From NCBI GenBank assembly GCA_965227515.1, contig CBDDFZ010000001.1, forward strand, positions 3,840,001 through 3,904,000: a DNA stretch of 64,000 nt, read 5' to 3'. The notes beneath the pieces were generated by a model, which had not been told where the DNA came from, made no database searches, and saw nothing but the letters and a program-made list of their open reading frames with translations. Every line of letters starts with the position of its first letter. The stretch's first letter is position 1. This document shows, in pieces, positions 34,662 through 44,225 of the stretch. The DNA comes from Alphaproteobacteria bacterium. GTDB lineage: Bacteria; Pseudomonadota; Alphaproteobacteria; CALKHQ01. The translations under genes and the position numbers were made by a program.

Positions 34662-35764
34662 ACCGGCGCACAGCCGACCTGGCCGGCTACGCCGGGCGCA
34701 TTGCGGTCACTCTGGCGGTCGCTTTGGTCGGCGGCTTCGTGTTCTGGCAGATCGGCATACCGGTACCGTTCATGCTCGGCGCGATGATGGCCTGCTGGCT
34801 GACAGGCGCGCTTGTGGTGCCGCTGCGCCCGACGCTGCGCATCCCGAACGAGCTTCGCATCCTGTTCGGCGCCATCCTCGGCGCGCTGCTCGGCACCGGC
34901 TTCTCGCCGGAAACCGTCGACCACGCCGCATCCTGGTGGCCCACCGTACTGGTCCTTGTCGTGGTCACCGCCGCAATCATGCTCGGCGCCACATGGTACC
35001 TGACCCGCGTACGCGCCTACGACCCGCTGACGGCGATCTTCTGCTCCGCACCCGGCGGCTTTTCCGAGGTGCTGTTGCTGGCGTCCATGAACAAGCGCAA
35101 CGAACAGGTTGTCGCCATCTTCCATCTCATGCGGGTTGCCACCGTCTTCCTGATCACGCCGTTCCTGTTATGGGTGACGGAGGACGCCGGGCACGCAGCC
35201 ATCGCCGCGCCCCGGATCTCGCTGCTGGATGCCGCGCCGGCCGACGTCGCGCTGTTCGCGGCCATCGCCGGCGGCGGATATCTGCTTGGCCGGCTGGCCA
35301 GGGTGCCGAGCGCCAGCTTGTTCGGGCCATTGTTCCTCAGCGTCATCCTGCACAGCGCCGGGTGGATCGCCCTGCCCCGCTATGACGAGCTGGTGATCCT
35401 GGCCCAGGTGGTCATCGGCTCGGCGATCGGGTGCCGCATGGCCGCCGCCCCGTTCTCGACCCTGCGCCGGCCTTTCGTCGATGCCACCGTGGTCGCATTG
35501 GTCATGGTGGCCATCGCCGCCGCCGTCTCCGTGGTGGTTGCCCTGACGATGGGCGATTCCATCGTCAAGATGTTCCTGTTGTTCGTGCCCGGCGGCATCC
35601 ACGAGGTCGCCGTCATGGCGCTTGCCTTCGGTTTCGAGGTCGCGATGGTGTCGGTACACCACACCTTGCGCATCCTGCTGATATTTGTGAGCCTGCCGTT
35701 CGTCCTGCGGTTCTTCAGCCGCCGCACGACACCGCAGCCCGCATCATCGAGAGGTTCCTCGTGA
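34652..35764 (+). CDS. AbrB-family (ammonia monooxygenase-like) membrane protein
   Basis: PFMLGAM, APGGFSE, H..R, duplicated PGG..E..HH.LR. Confidence 0.88.
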   Translation: MGLNRRTADLAGYAGRIAVTLAVALVGGFVFWQIGIPVPFMLGAMMACWLTGALVVPLRPTLRIPNELRILFGAILGALLGTGFSPETVDHAASWWPTVLVLVVVTAAIMLGATWYLTRVRAYDPLTAIFCSAPGGFSEVLLLASMNKRNEQVVAIFHLMRVATVFLITPFLLWVTEDAGHAAIAAPRISLLDAAPADVALFAAIAGGGYLLGRLARVPSASLFGPLFLSVILHSAGWIALPRYDELVILAQVVIGSAIGCRMAAAPFSTLRRPFVDATVVALVMVAIAAAVSVVVALTMGDSIVKMFLLFVPGGIHEVAVMALAFGFEVAMVSVHHTLRILLIFVSLPFVLRFFSRRTTPQPASSRGSS

Positions 35765-36177
35765 CGAAACGGCGCCATCCGCCCACCGGGCTTGATCTGA
35801 GCGAGACCTATGTCGACCTGGCGGACGGCGGCGGCGCGGAAACCGTCACCAACGATGCGGCGTTCTGGCAGGACCTGATGTCCGGGCGGCGCGACATCGA
35901 CCGCCTGATGGGCGTGGCGCCCATCGACAAGGACTGGACGTTTTGGGAGCAGCACCCGAACGGCGAGGAAGTGCTGGTTCTGCTGGCGGGGGCCGCGACC
36001 CTGGTGCTGGACGACGGCACCGACGACCCGCGCGAGGTGTCATTGGAAGAGGGTCAGGCCGTGGTGGTCCCGCGCGGCACCTGGCACCGCATGATCGTCC
36101 ACCGCCCGGGACGCATGGTGTTCGTCACCGCTGGCCGCGGCACCACGCACCGCCCGCACGAGGCGACAGCCGAATAA
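35761..36177 (+). CDS. Cupin-domain protein
   Basis: WEQHPNGEEV and VVPRGTWH. Confidence 0.9.
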   Translation: MTKRRHPPTGLDLSETYVDLADGGGAETVTNDAAFWQDLMSGRRDIDRLMGVAPIDKDWTFWEQHPNGEEVLVLLAGAATLVLDDGTDDPREVSLEEGQAVVVPRGTWHRMIVHRPGRMVFVTAGRGTTHRPHEATAE

Positions 36178-36206
36178 CTCAATCGTTCCAGTATCAGCAG
36201 ACCGAG

Positions 36207-36467
36207 CTACTGTAGCAGGCTCGGCGCGCGATCCTGCCAGGTCGTGGCGAGGTCCATCGCGTCGTCCAGCAGATCGAGCACGCCCTCGGCCCTCTCGCTC
36301 GGCTCATCGGACAACTCGGTCGCCAACGCATCGCGGCACGCGGGCCAGTATTCGCGCTTGACGCCGCCATTGACCATCTCGGCCCAAAGGTAAGCCGCGA
36401 TCTCCCGAACCACCTCGTCGCGGGGGCGGTTCATATCAAGTCCGCCGGTTGACTTTCCTGCCATCAT
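36207..36467 (-). CDS. Small hypothetical protein
   Basis: Helical acidic ORF; start uncertain. Confidence 0.5.
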   Translation of the reverse strand: MMAGKSTGGLDMNRPRDEVVREIAAYLWAEMVNGGVKREYWPACRDALATELSDEPSERAEGVLDLLDDAMDLATTWQDRAPSLLQ

Positions 36468-36802
36468 TCTCCGTTCCCCCAAACTATCCTACCTGCTGGT
36501 GCCCGCCGTCCCATCAGGCACCTGCCGCCGGTCAAGCGCCGATCGATCCCCACCCATCGCGCTCAATGCGCATCATCGGGGTTTCCGCCCCGTGCGTGCA
36601 AGGTTGAACTATGGTTAAGCGACGATTGTGAACGCGCCGGCGCGGTCACGCGGGCGGAATTCCGACACAATGACATGAGAGCTTGATCGGGCCAGAAGGT
36701 ATCGCCAGGAACCGATGGCACCCCGGAAACGCCAATTGGCCGCCGCCTCAATTTCGCCTTCGTACACGACAAGGCCCTGAAATCGTGCTAAATTCAGCTG
36801 CC

Positions 36803-36817
36803 TTAAAGATTCCTTAA
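36803..36817. promoter_or_regulatory. CtrA-type site
   Basis: TTAA-AGATTCC-TTAA about 75 nt upstream of the 36893 gene. Confidence 0.55.
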
Positions 36818-36892
36818 ACCTTTTTGATCGGTGGCGCGACCACACTGGCATACGGACAAAATGTCCGGAAGCTCAAGACCAGGAGATAAAAA

Positions 36893-37366
36893 ATGAAGAC
36901 CAACACCCTTAAGGCGCTGACCACGGCGTTGTTTGCTACCGCGGCGATCGCAACCTCGACCACCGCGAGCCAGGCCGAAGTTCTGCCGGAGTTCGAGGGC
37001 TACCTCGAGGCTGGCCAGGATTGCCTGCCCTATCAGTATGACTCTTATGCGGCCGCCGTCGTCGACAACGACGCAGCCGGCCTGATGGACTTCATCAGCT
37101 CGCAGGGTCCGTCCTGCACCATGCTGCGGGCGACCGCCACCGTGCTGCTGTGCGACATCAGCCCGGCTGACTGCGAGCCGGCCGGCAGGCCGCCGATCGA
37201 CATCATCGAGCTCGATCGCCCGCCGTTCATGGGCGAGGAAAAGCCGGACAACGACGACCCGAACGGTCCCGATGACGGCCGCGATGGCCCGGGCCTGTCC
37301 AATGTCGACGTGCCGGATGCGCCGTCGGACGACAATGGCCGCACCGGTGCCACTGGCCCCACTTGA
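36893..37366 (+). CDS. Secreted acidic Cys-containing hypothetical protein
   Basis: AGGAG RBS, signal peptide (ASQA), four Cys, D/P/G-rich tail. Confidence 0.8.
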   Translation: MKTNTLKALTTALFATAAIATSTTASQAEVLPEFEGYLEAGQDCLPYQYDSYAAAVVDNDAAGLMDFISSQGPSCTMLRATATVLLCDISPADCEPAGRPPIDIIELDRPPFMGEEKPDNDDPNGPDDGRDGPGLSNVDVPDAPSDDNGRTGATGPT

Positions 37367-37421
37367 TCGCGGCTAGGTTCGGCGCCCCAGGCACCGAACA
37401 CCCGGACTGACACACAGGCTG

Positions 37422-37452
37422 AGGCCGGCGCCCCGAAAGGGTGCCGGCCTTT
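37422..37452 (+). terminator. Rho-independent terminator
   Basis: AGGCCGGCGCCC-CGAAA-GGGTGCCGGCCT followed by TT. Confidence 0.7.
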
Positions 37453-37563
37453 CGCTGTCTGGCCGCCCGCAGTGCCGGCGTGCCCCGCTAGCCCCCCTCC
37501 CCGGCGTCTGCGTATACTCCGCCCCTCTCCCCGCCATACAACGCAGCCACCGGACACCGCCCC

Positions 37564-39477
37564 ATGAATGCCACCAAGAACCTGGACGTCATCTGCATCG
37601 GGCGTTCGTCTGTCGACCTTTATGGAGAGCAGGTCGGCGGGCGGCTGGAGGACATGGCCAGCTTCGCCAAATATGTCGGCGGGTCACCCACCAACACCGC
37701 CATCGGCGCTGCCCGCCTGGGCCTGAAACCCGGCCTGATCACCGCAGTGGGCGACGAGCACATGGGCCGCTTCATTGCGGAAACCGCAGCCGGCGAGGGC
37801 GTGGACATCGCAGGGGTGAAAATCGACCCGCACAGGCTGACCGCGTTGGTCATCCTGGGCATCCGGGACAAGGAGACCTTCCCGCTCATTTTCGTGCGCG
37901 AGAATTGCGCCGACGCGGCCCTTGAGGAGGACGACGTCGACGAGGCCTATATCGCCTCGGCGCGCGCGGTTCTGGTGTCGGGCACCCATTTCTCACGGCC
38001 CAACCTGGACGCCATGAGCCGCAAGGCGATGCGGATCGCCAAACAGAATGGCGGCAAGGTGATCTTCGACCTGGACTACCGCCCGGTGCTGTGGGGGCTG
38101 ACCGGGCACGGCCTGGGCGAGGAGCGCTTCATCGCCTCAGACAGTGTGTCGGCCCACCTGCAAACCATCCTGCCTGCCTGCGACGTCATCGTCGGCACCG
38201 AGGAGGAGATACACATCGCCGGCGGCACCACCGACACGCTGGCCGCCTGCCGGATCGTCCGGACCGCCGCGCCGGACGCGCTGATCGTGGTCAAGCGCGG
38301 CCCCATGGGCTGCACGGTGTTCGACGGCGAGATCCCCGACGACCTGGACAAGGGCATCAGCGGACCCGGGTTTCCGGTCGAGGTGTTCAACGTGCTCGGC
38401 GCCGGCGACGCCTTCATGAGCGGATTCCTGCTCGGCTACCTGAACGATGCGCCGATCGAGACCTGCTGCAAGTACGCCAATGCCTGCGGCGCGTTCGCGG
38501 TGTCGCGGCATGGTTGCGCGCCGGCGGTCCCCAGCCGCTACGAGTTGGACCATTTCCTGGCCAATGGCAGCCCCCACCATGCGTTGCGCCATGACGCAGC
38601 GCTGGAGCACCTGCATTGGGCCACCAACCGCCGGGCCGACTGGCCGCAGGTGCTGGCCCTGGCGTTCGACCACCGGGCACAGTTCGAAGCGATGGCGCAG
38701 GAGGCTGGCGCCGGCCCGGAGCGCATCCCGGCATTCAAACGCCTGTGCTTCGATGCGGCGCATCTGGTGGCCAGCGGGCGGCCCGACTTCGGCATCCTGC
38801 TCGACGGCCGCTATGGACAGGACACTTTGGATCTGGCGACCGGGACCGGCTGCTGGATCGGCCGCCCGATCGAGGTGCCCGGCACCTCGCCGGTCGCGTT
38901 CGAGGGTGGGGCGGATGTCGGCTGCACCCTGCGGGAATGGCCGGTGGGCCACACCGTGAAGTGCCTGGTTCACTACCACCCCAGCGATCCGGACGACCTG
39001 CGCGCGGCCCAGGAGGCGCAGGCGCTGCGCCTGTTCGATGCGGCCCGCCGTACAGGGCACGAACTGCTGCTGGAAATCATTCCGACCAAGGGCGCCGGCC
39101 CGGTGACCGACACCATGTTGGCCGAATGCCTGGCAAGGTTCTACGCGCTGGGGATCTGGCCGGACTGGTGGAAGCTGCCCGACCCGGGCAGCGACGCGGC
39201 GTGGGCCGCGATTGCCGACACCATCGCGAAACACGACCCGCTGTGCCGTGGGGTTCTTCTGTTGGGGCTGGATGCGCCACCGGATGAGCTGGAGGGCAGC
39301 ATCGCACGCGCCGCCGCTCATCCGATCTGCAAGGGATTCGCTATTGGCCGCACCATCTTCGGCCAGGCTGCCCGGCAGTGGCTGGCCGGGGAGATTGACG
39401 ACGCGGGCGCCCAGGCCCAGATCGGCGGCGCTTATCGGCGATTGATCGAGTGCTGGGACGCTGCCAGGGCGCCTTGA
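37564..39477 (+). CDS. iolC: 5-dehydro-2-deoxygluconokinase with DUF2090 aldolase-like domain
   Basis: IGRSSVDLYGEQ, KYVGGSPTN, NVLGAGDAF, LAFDHR, WWKL, GFAIGRTIF. Confidence 0.95.
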   Translation: MNATKNLDVICIGRSSVDLYGEQVGGRLEDMASFAKYVGGSPTNTAIGAARLGLKPGLITAVGDEHMGRFIAETAAGEGVDIAGVKIDPHRLTALVILGIRDKETFPLIFVRENCADAALEEDDVDEAYIASARAVLVSGTHFSRPNLDAMSRKAMRIAKQNGGKVIFDLDYRPVLWGLTGHGLGEERFIASDSVSAHLQTILPACDVIVGTEEEIHIAGGTTDTLAACRIVRTAAPDALIVVKRGPMGCTVFDGEIPDDLDKGISGPGFPVEVFNVLGAGDAFMSGFLLGYLNDAPIETCCKYANACGAFAVSRHGCAPAVPSRYELDHFLANGSPHHALRHDAALEHLHWATNRRADWPQVLALAFDHRAQFEAMAQEAGAGPERIPAFKRLCFDAAHLVASGRPDFGILLDGRYGQDTLDLATGTGCWIGRPIEVPGTSPVAFEGGADVGCTLREWPVGHTVKCLVHYHPSDPDDLRAAQEAQALRLFDAARRTGHELLLEIIPTKGAGPVTDTMLAECLARFYALGIWPDWWKLPDPGSDAAWAAIADTIAKHDPLCRGVLLLGLDAPPDELEGSIARAAAHPICKGFAIGRTIFGQAARQWLAGEIDDAGAQAQIGGAYRRLIECWDAARAP

Positions 39478-39512
39478 CAGGCTGTTGAAACGGCCGCCCG
39501 TGCCGCCGGTCC

Positions 39513-39932
39513 TTACCCTTGGGCTTGGCCGTGCGCGTCGCGCAGGAGCTTGGCGATATTCTGCAGATCCTCGCCGGTCAGCGGCTTGTTCATGAATGCC
39601 TTGACGACCTGGAAACTCTTGGCGCGCTCCACGTCGCTCGGATCGAGCGAGGTCGTCAGCATGACGACGACGATATGCGCAAACATGTCGCCGAACTCGG
39701 TGCTGGCCGCTTCCAGAAAATCGAACCCCGACATCCTGGGCATGTTGATGTCCAGGAGAATGACATCGATGCCTTCACCGCGATTTTCGCGCATGAATTC
39801 CAGAGCCTCTTCCGCGTAGAAGAAGCTGTAAACGTTGTCCACCAGCTCCGACTGGTTGACCACTCGCCCGTACAGCAACTGATCGACGGAATCGTCGTCA
39901 ATCAGCAACATTGTTCGTATCGGTTTTCCCAC
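39513..39932 (-). CDS. Single-domain response regulator
   Basis: LIDDD, ILLDINMP.MSGF, MLTTS, NKP. Confidence 0.92.
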   Translation of the reverse strand: MGKPIRTMLLIDDDSVDQLLYGRVVNQSELVDNVYSFFYAEEALEFMRENRGEGIDVILLDINMPRMSGFDFLEAASTEFGDMFAHIVVVMLTTSLDPSDVERAKSFQVVKAFMNKPLTGEDLQNIAKLLRDAHGQAQG

Positions 39933-40366
39933 CGTTTGCTCGCCCTAAAAAAGCAATCGGCACTCAGGCCCGTTGCGCATATTCCGGCCGCGCGACAACA
40001 GGGCCGCGAAGGCACGCAAATAGCAATAAGCCCGTCTGCATCGTCAAGCTACCTGGGTCATCCAAACCAAACATTAATATGATGAACCTAGCGCGCAGGC
40101 GAAGCGTCGCACCCGCACGGCCCAGATTTGGCAACTTTAATCGAAAACTACGACGTGACGGCCACGGACAAGGCCACACACGGCTACGGAACGATTTTGC
40201 CCACTTTCCCGCGAAACATCCAGCCAAGCCACCTGCGGCAAACGGCTGTCAGGCGAAATTCCGGCACCTGCATGAGTGCACGGCAGATACGCCCCATCGC
40301 CATCGCTGTGGCCATTTGTGCCGGGTCAGAAGACGAACGCCGGCTCGCCAACCGGACCGCCCGGGC

Positions 40367-41185
40367 TCATCTAAGGCGCTCAATGAATGCCGTGAGTTCG
40401 TCTTCCGGCAAGCCAGCGATTTCCGCCTCTCCCGGAAAGCCACCGGACCGGATGTCAGCGCGGAAGGCGGTCATCGCGGCAGTCCGCTCGGTTCGGATCT
40501 GCTCGTAGCGTCTGGCGAGATCGCCATACTTGCGTGCGTGACGAGGCACGGTCTGTGTCTCGCCACAGATATCGCTGGTGAACAGGAACATCACCTCGGC
40601 GGCCGGCCCTGACCCCAATGACACGGTCACCAGGCCGGTGCGTGGCATGATCTCAGCCATAATAGGCGCTGGCACCAACTCGGCCTCGACCGCAAAAGCA
40701 CCGGCTTCCTCCAGGCGTCGAAAGCGGTGATACAGTTCCATTGCCTCGTCTGCGGTCTTGCCGAAGGCGCGGACCTTGCCAACCCAGGTCGACTTGCGCG
40801 GCACGAAACCGAGATGGCCCATCACCGGGATATCCTCAGAGGCCAGTAACGACACCACTTCCAGCCGCCGCGCGGTGATGACCGCGTCCGCGCCGTCGGT
40901 CAGCGCCTTGAAGGCGGTGCGCAGGATCTCGTCGTTGGTCACCGCCTCCGCGAAGCCGAGCGCAGCCGTCACGAAGACGCGGGCGGAGCCGCGCCGCACC
41001 TCGCCGACATTGCGCGCGCGGCAGACCACCATCTCGATGCCGGCCGCCTCGGCTGCCGCCGCCTCGTCGGCGGTGTCGGCGGTCGCCTGCGCGAACGCGC
41101 CGGCCTGTCCCTTGGCCGCCCTCAGCGATCCGACCGTCGCCATGCGCTCGGCCGGTTGTGCGGCCCAACTGAAGATGCGAGGCAT
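40367..41185 (-). CDS. PanB-like (ketopantoate hydroxymethyltransferase fold) protein, degenerate metal site
   Basis: IPVMGHLG, GKTADEA, AGAFAVEAELVP, SLGSG, PRHARKY, GGFP; lacks GDS, AD.PF and VK.EG. Confidence 0.8.
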   Translation of the reverse strand: MPRIFSWAAQPAERMATVGSLRAAKGQAGAFAQATADTADEAAAAEAAGIEMVVCRARNVGEVRRGSARVFVTAALGFAEAVTNDEILRTAFKALTDGADAVITARRLEVVSLLASEDIPVMGHLGFVPRKSTWVGKVRAFGKTADEAMELYHRFRRLEEAGAFAVEAELVPAPIMAEIMPRTGLVTVSLGSGPAAEVMFLFTSDICGETQTVPRHARKYGDLARRYEQIRTERTAAMTAFRADIRSGGFPGEAEIAGLPEDELTAFIERLR

Positions 41186-41198
41186 CGCCGCCTTCCTC

Positions 41199-41663
41199 TC
41201 AGCCCTTCTTCATCTTCGCCGCATAGTAGGGCGGCGGCACCGTGCCGGGCTTGTCGAACCAGTCCGGCACCTCAACGCCGGAATAGAGCAGGATGTTGCC
41301 CCACGGGTCGAACGCGCCGGTGCGCACGATCACCTTCGCCTTCGCCGCCATCTCGCCCAGGATGGTCTCGTGCGCGATCATGTCGTGCTCGGCATCGGTG
41401 AAGATGCGTTTCACCGTGTCCAGAAGGACCGGGTTGTGGTCCGGCAGGGTGTCGGCATAGGCGACCTTCTCGGCGATGAAGTGCTCGTCGATCAGGCCAA
41501 GGATGGTGGCGAGGTCCGGCAGGTCGGGCGCAATTGCCAGGTCGACCCGCCAGGCATCCTTCGGGATCGGGAAGCCCGCGTCGCACACGATCATCAGGTC
41601 GCCATGGCCCATCGCGGCGATGGCATGGCTCAGGTTGGCATTCAGCAGTCGGCCCCGTTTCAT
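41199..41663 (-). CDS. rbsD: D-ribose pyranase / RbsD-FucU mutarotase
   Basis: LLNANL..MGHGD..CDAGFPIP..VDLA, HE, VRTG..PWGNIL. Confidence 0.85.
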   Translation of the reverse strand: MKRGRLLNANLSHAIAAMGHGDLMIVCDAGFPIPKDAWRVDLAIAPDLPDLATILGLIDEHFIAEKVAYADTLPDHNPVLLDTVKRIFTDAEHDMIAHETILGEMAAKAKVIVRTGAFDPWGNILLYSGVEVPDWFDKPGTVPPPYYAAKMKKG

Positions 41664-41682
41664 CCCGGCCCTCCCCTCGTTT

Positions 41683-42603
41683 TCAGGTGTCTTTGCCCAG
41701 CAGCGCCGCCACGTCGTCGCGGCGCGCGAGCGACGGCACGACGCCGAGCGTGGTGCAGGCATGGCCGCCGCAGGCAACGGCGTACTCGACCGCGCTTTCC
41801 AGCGGCCGGCCCTTGCCCAGCGCCACCGCCAGCCCGGCATTGAACGCATCGCCGGCACCGGTGGTGTCAACCACATCGACGTCGTGTGCCGGCACCACCC
41901 GGTCGATGTTGTCGCCCAGGATCAGCGCGCCGTTCTCGCCCATGGTGACGATGACGGTACCGACACCGCGTCCGCGCAGCGATGCCGCGAGTTCGCGGGT
42001 CGGGCTCGGGTCGTCGGGCCTCAGGCCCATGAGCACGCGCAGCTCGCTCTCGTTCGGCGTCAGATAATCGATGTGCCGGAAGCACTCCGGCGGCACCTCG
42101 GTCGCCGGCGCCGGGTTCAAGATTGTGCGTGCGCCGGCGGCCTTACCCAGTTCCATCGCACGCACCGCGGCCACCACCGGGATCTCGAGCACGGCCATCA
42201 CGATGTCGCTGGCGGCGATGCGGTCGCGGGCGCGGTCCACGAAGGCGGCATCCATCAGCTCGTTGGCGCCCATGTCCAGGATGATGAAGTTCTCGCCCAC
42301 CGGATTGAGCACGATGAAGCCGACACCGGTGGGCCGCGTATCGGTACGCTCCAGATTGGTCGTGTCGACGCCCTCGGCCGCATAGAGATTGTGGGCGACC
42401 TCGGCCAACTCGTCCGTGCCAACGCACGAGACGAGCGCGGAATTGGCGCCCAGCCGCGCCACGCCGACCGCCTGGTTGGAGCCCTTGCCCCCCGGGCCGA
42501 AGTCGAAGTCCGAGCCGATCAGCGTTTCGCCGAACACCGGCATCTTACCGGTACGGATGGTCAGCCCGACGGCAAAGCTGCCCACCACCGTGATCGTCGT
42601 CAT
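41683..42603 (-). CDS. Ribokinase-family (PfkB) kinase
   Basis: PGGKGSNQA, LNPAP, PNESE, VDTTGAGDAF; atypical GSFAVG. Confidence 0.88.
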   Translation of the reverse strand: MTTITVVGSFAVGLTIRTGKMPVFGETLIGSDFDFGPGGKGSNQAVGVARLGANSALVSCVGTDELAEVAHNLYAAEGVDTTNLERTDTRPTGVGFIVLNPVGENFIILDMGANELMDAAFVDRARDRIAASDIVMAVLEIPVVAAVRAMELGKAAGARTILNPAPATEVPPECFRHIDYLTPNESELRVLMGLRPDDPSPTRELAASLRGRGVGTVIVTMGENGALILGDNIDRVVPAHDVDVVDTTGAGDAFNAGLAVALGKGRPLESAVEYAVACGGHACTTLGVVPSLARRDDVAALLGKDT

Positions 42604-42622
42604 CGCCCCTGCTCCCGTGCGT

Positions 42623-44152
42623 TCACGCCGCTTGGCGCGTTTGGGTGCGCGTGGCCAGCGCCATGATCGCCTCCTCGGTGATGTCGGCGCCCGAGAGCTG
42701 GCCCATCAATGCGCGGTCGGCCATCACCAGCACCCGGCTGGAATGCAGCGTGATCTCGGGCAGCTCCGACGAGATCATCAGGATCGCCATGCCCTCAGCC
42801 GCCAGCTCCTTCAGGATGGCGTAGATCTCCGCCTTGGCACCGACGTCGATGCCTCGGGTCGGCTCGTGCAGGATCAGCACTTTCGGCGCGGTCACCAGCC
42901 CGCGGGCCAGGATGATCTTCTGCTGGTTGCCGCCGCTCAGTGTGCCGATGGTTTGGCGCAGACTGGCGAAGCGCGCGTCGAGCTTGCTGGCGAAGGTTGA
43001 TGCGGTGCGACGGATCGGCCGGCGCTGTAGCACGCCGAAGGGGCTGAACCGTTTCAGCGCGGCGGAGATCGCGTTCTCCATCACCGACATGGTCAGCAGC
43101 GCGCCGGCGCCGCGCCTGTCGGCCGGGATGAATGAAACACCGGCAGCGATGGTGTGGGAGGGCCGGCGGGGCGCCAGCCGGATGCCGGCGACCAGAACCT
43201 CGCCCCCGCGCGCAGCCAGCCCGAAGATCGCGTCGGCCAGAATGTCCTTGCCGCTGTCGGGAAGGCCGGCAACGCCGACGATCTCGCCGGCCGACACATC
43301 GAAACTGACGTCGTCCACCATTCCGGGCACGTGCAGGTGGCGCACCTGCAGCACCTCGTCGCCGATGTTGGCGTGAGCCTCGGGCGTCAGCGCGTACTGG
43401 TGCGCAGTGTCCATCGCCCTGCCCACCATGTGGCGCACCAGGTCGTCGACCGCCACGGTGCCGTCGTTGTCCAGGGTGGTCACGAGCTGGCCGTCGCGCA
43501 TGACGCTGATGCGGTCGGCGAGGCCCAGCACCTCCTCCAGGTGATGGGAGACGTAGATCACCGTCACGCCGTCGTCGCGCAGCGCGCGGACCACGTCGAA
43601 CAGGCGTGCGCTCTCGCGAGGCGAGAGCGCCGAGTTGGGCTCGTCGAGCACCAGGATGCGTACGTTCTGGGAGATCGCGCGGGCAATCTCCACCATCTGT
43701 TGTTGCGCGACGCTGAGGTCGGCCACCGGGCGGGCGGGGTCGAGATCGCCCATGCCCAGCCGCGCCAGCGGCTCGCGGGCCGCGCCGACCGCCCGGCCCC
43801 GGTTCAACAACGACAGCGGCCGGCGACCGGCGAGCGCCGGCAGCAGCACGTTCTCGCCAACGCTGAGGTTGCGGCACAGCGACAGTTCCTGGAACACCAT
43901 GCCGATGCCCTGGGCCTGGCTGGCCAGCGGGCTCGGAAAAATCGTGACCTTGCCGTCGACCGCGATCTCACCCGTGACCGGCTGCAACTCGCCGGCCAGG
44001 ATGTTCATCATCGTGCTCTTGCCGGCGCCGTTCTCGCCGATGACGGCATGCACTTCGCCGGGCCGGAAGTCGATGGACACCCCGTCCATCGCCACCACGC
44101 CCGGGAAGGTGCGGGTGACGTTCGTCAGCTTCAGGATCGGCTCGGGCACCAT
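42623..44152 (-). CDS. Sugar ABC transporter ATP-binding protein (RbsA-like)
   Basis: GENGAGKST, LSVAQQQMVEIA, LSGGNQQK, PTRGIDVGAK. Confidence 0.93.
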   Translation of the reverse strand: MVPEPILKLTNVTRTFPGVVAMDGVSIDFRPGEVHAVIGENGAGKSTMMNILAGELQPVTGEIAVDGKVTIFPSPLASQAQGIGMVFQELSLCRNLSVGENVLLPALAGRRPLSLLNRGRAVGAAREPLARLGMGDLDPARPVADLSVAQQQMVEIARAISQNVRILVLDEPNSALSPRESARLFDVVRALRDDGVTVIYVSHHLEEVLGLADRISVMRDGQLVTTLDNDGTVAVDDLVRHMVGRAMDTAHQYALTPEAHANIGDEVLQVRHLHVPGMVDDVSFDVSAGEIVGVAGLPDSGKDILADAIFGLAARGGEVLVAGIRLAPRRPSHTIAAGVSFIPADRRGAGALLTMSVMENAISAALKRFSPFGVLQRRPIRRTASTFASKLDARFASLRQTIGTLSGGNQQKIILARGLVTAPKVLILHEPTRGIDVGAKAEIYAILKELAAEGMAILMISSELPEITLHSSRVLVMADRALMGQLSGADITEEAIMALATRTQTRQAA

Positions 44153-44225
44153 GGCGTCAGCGTGAGGCAACGGAAGGCGGCGGGCGCCCCGGAACACGAG
44201 GTCCCGAAGCGCCCGGTCTTGCCGC

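Noticed and set aside
39933-40366. Possible gene or histidine kinase remnant upstream of the orphan response regulator
   Set aside because: ORFs lack recognisable motifs and credible starts; treated as intergenic.
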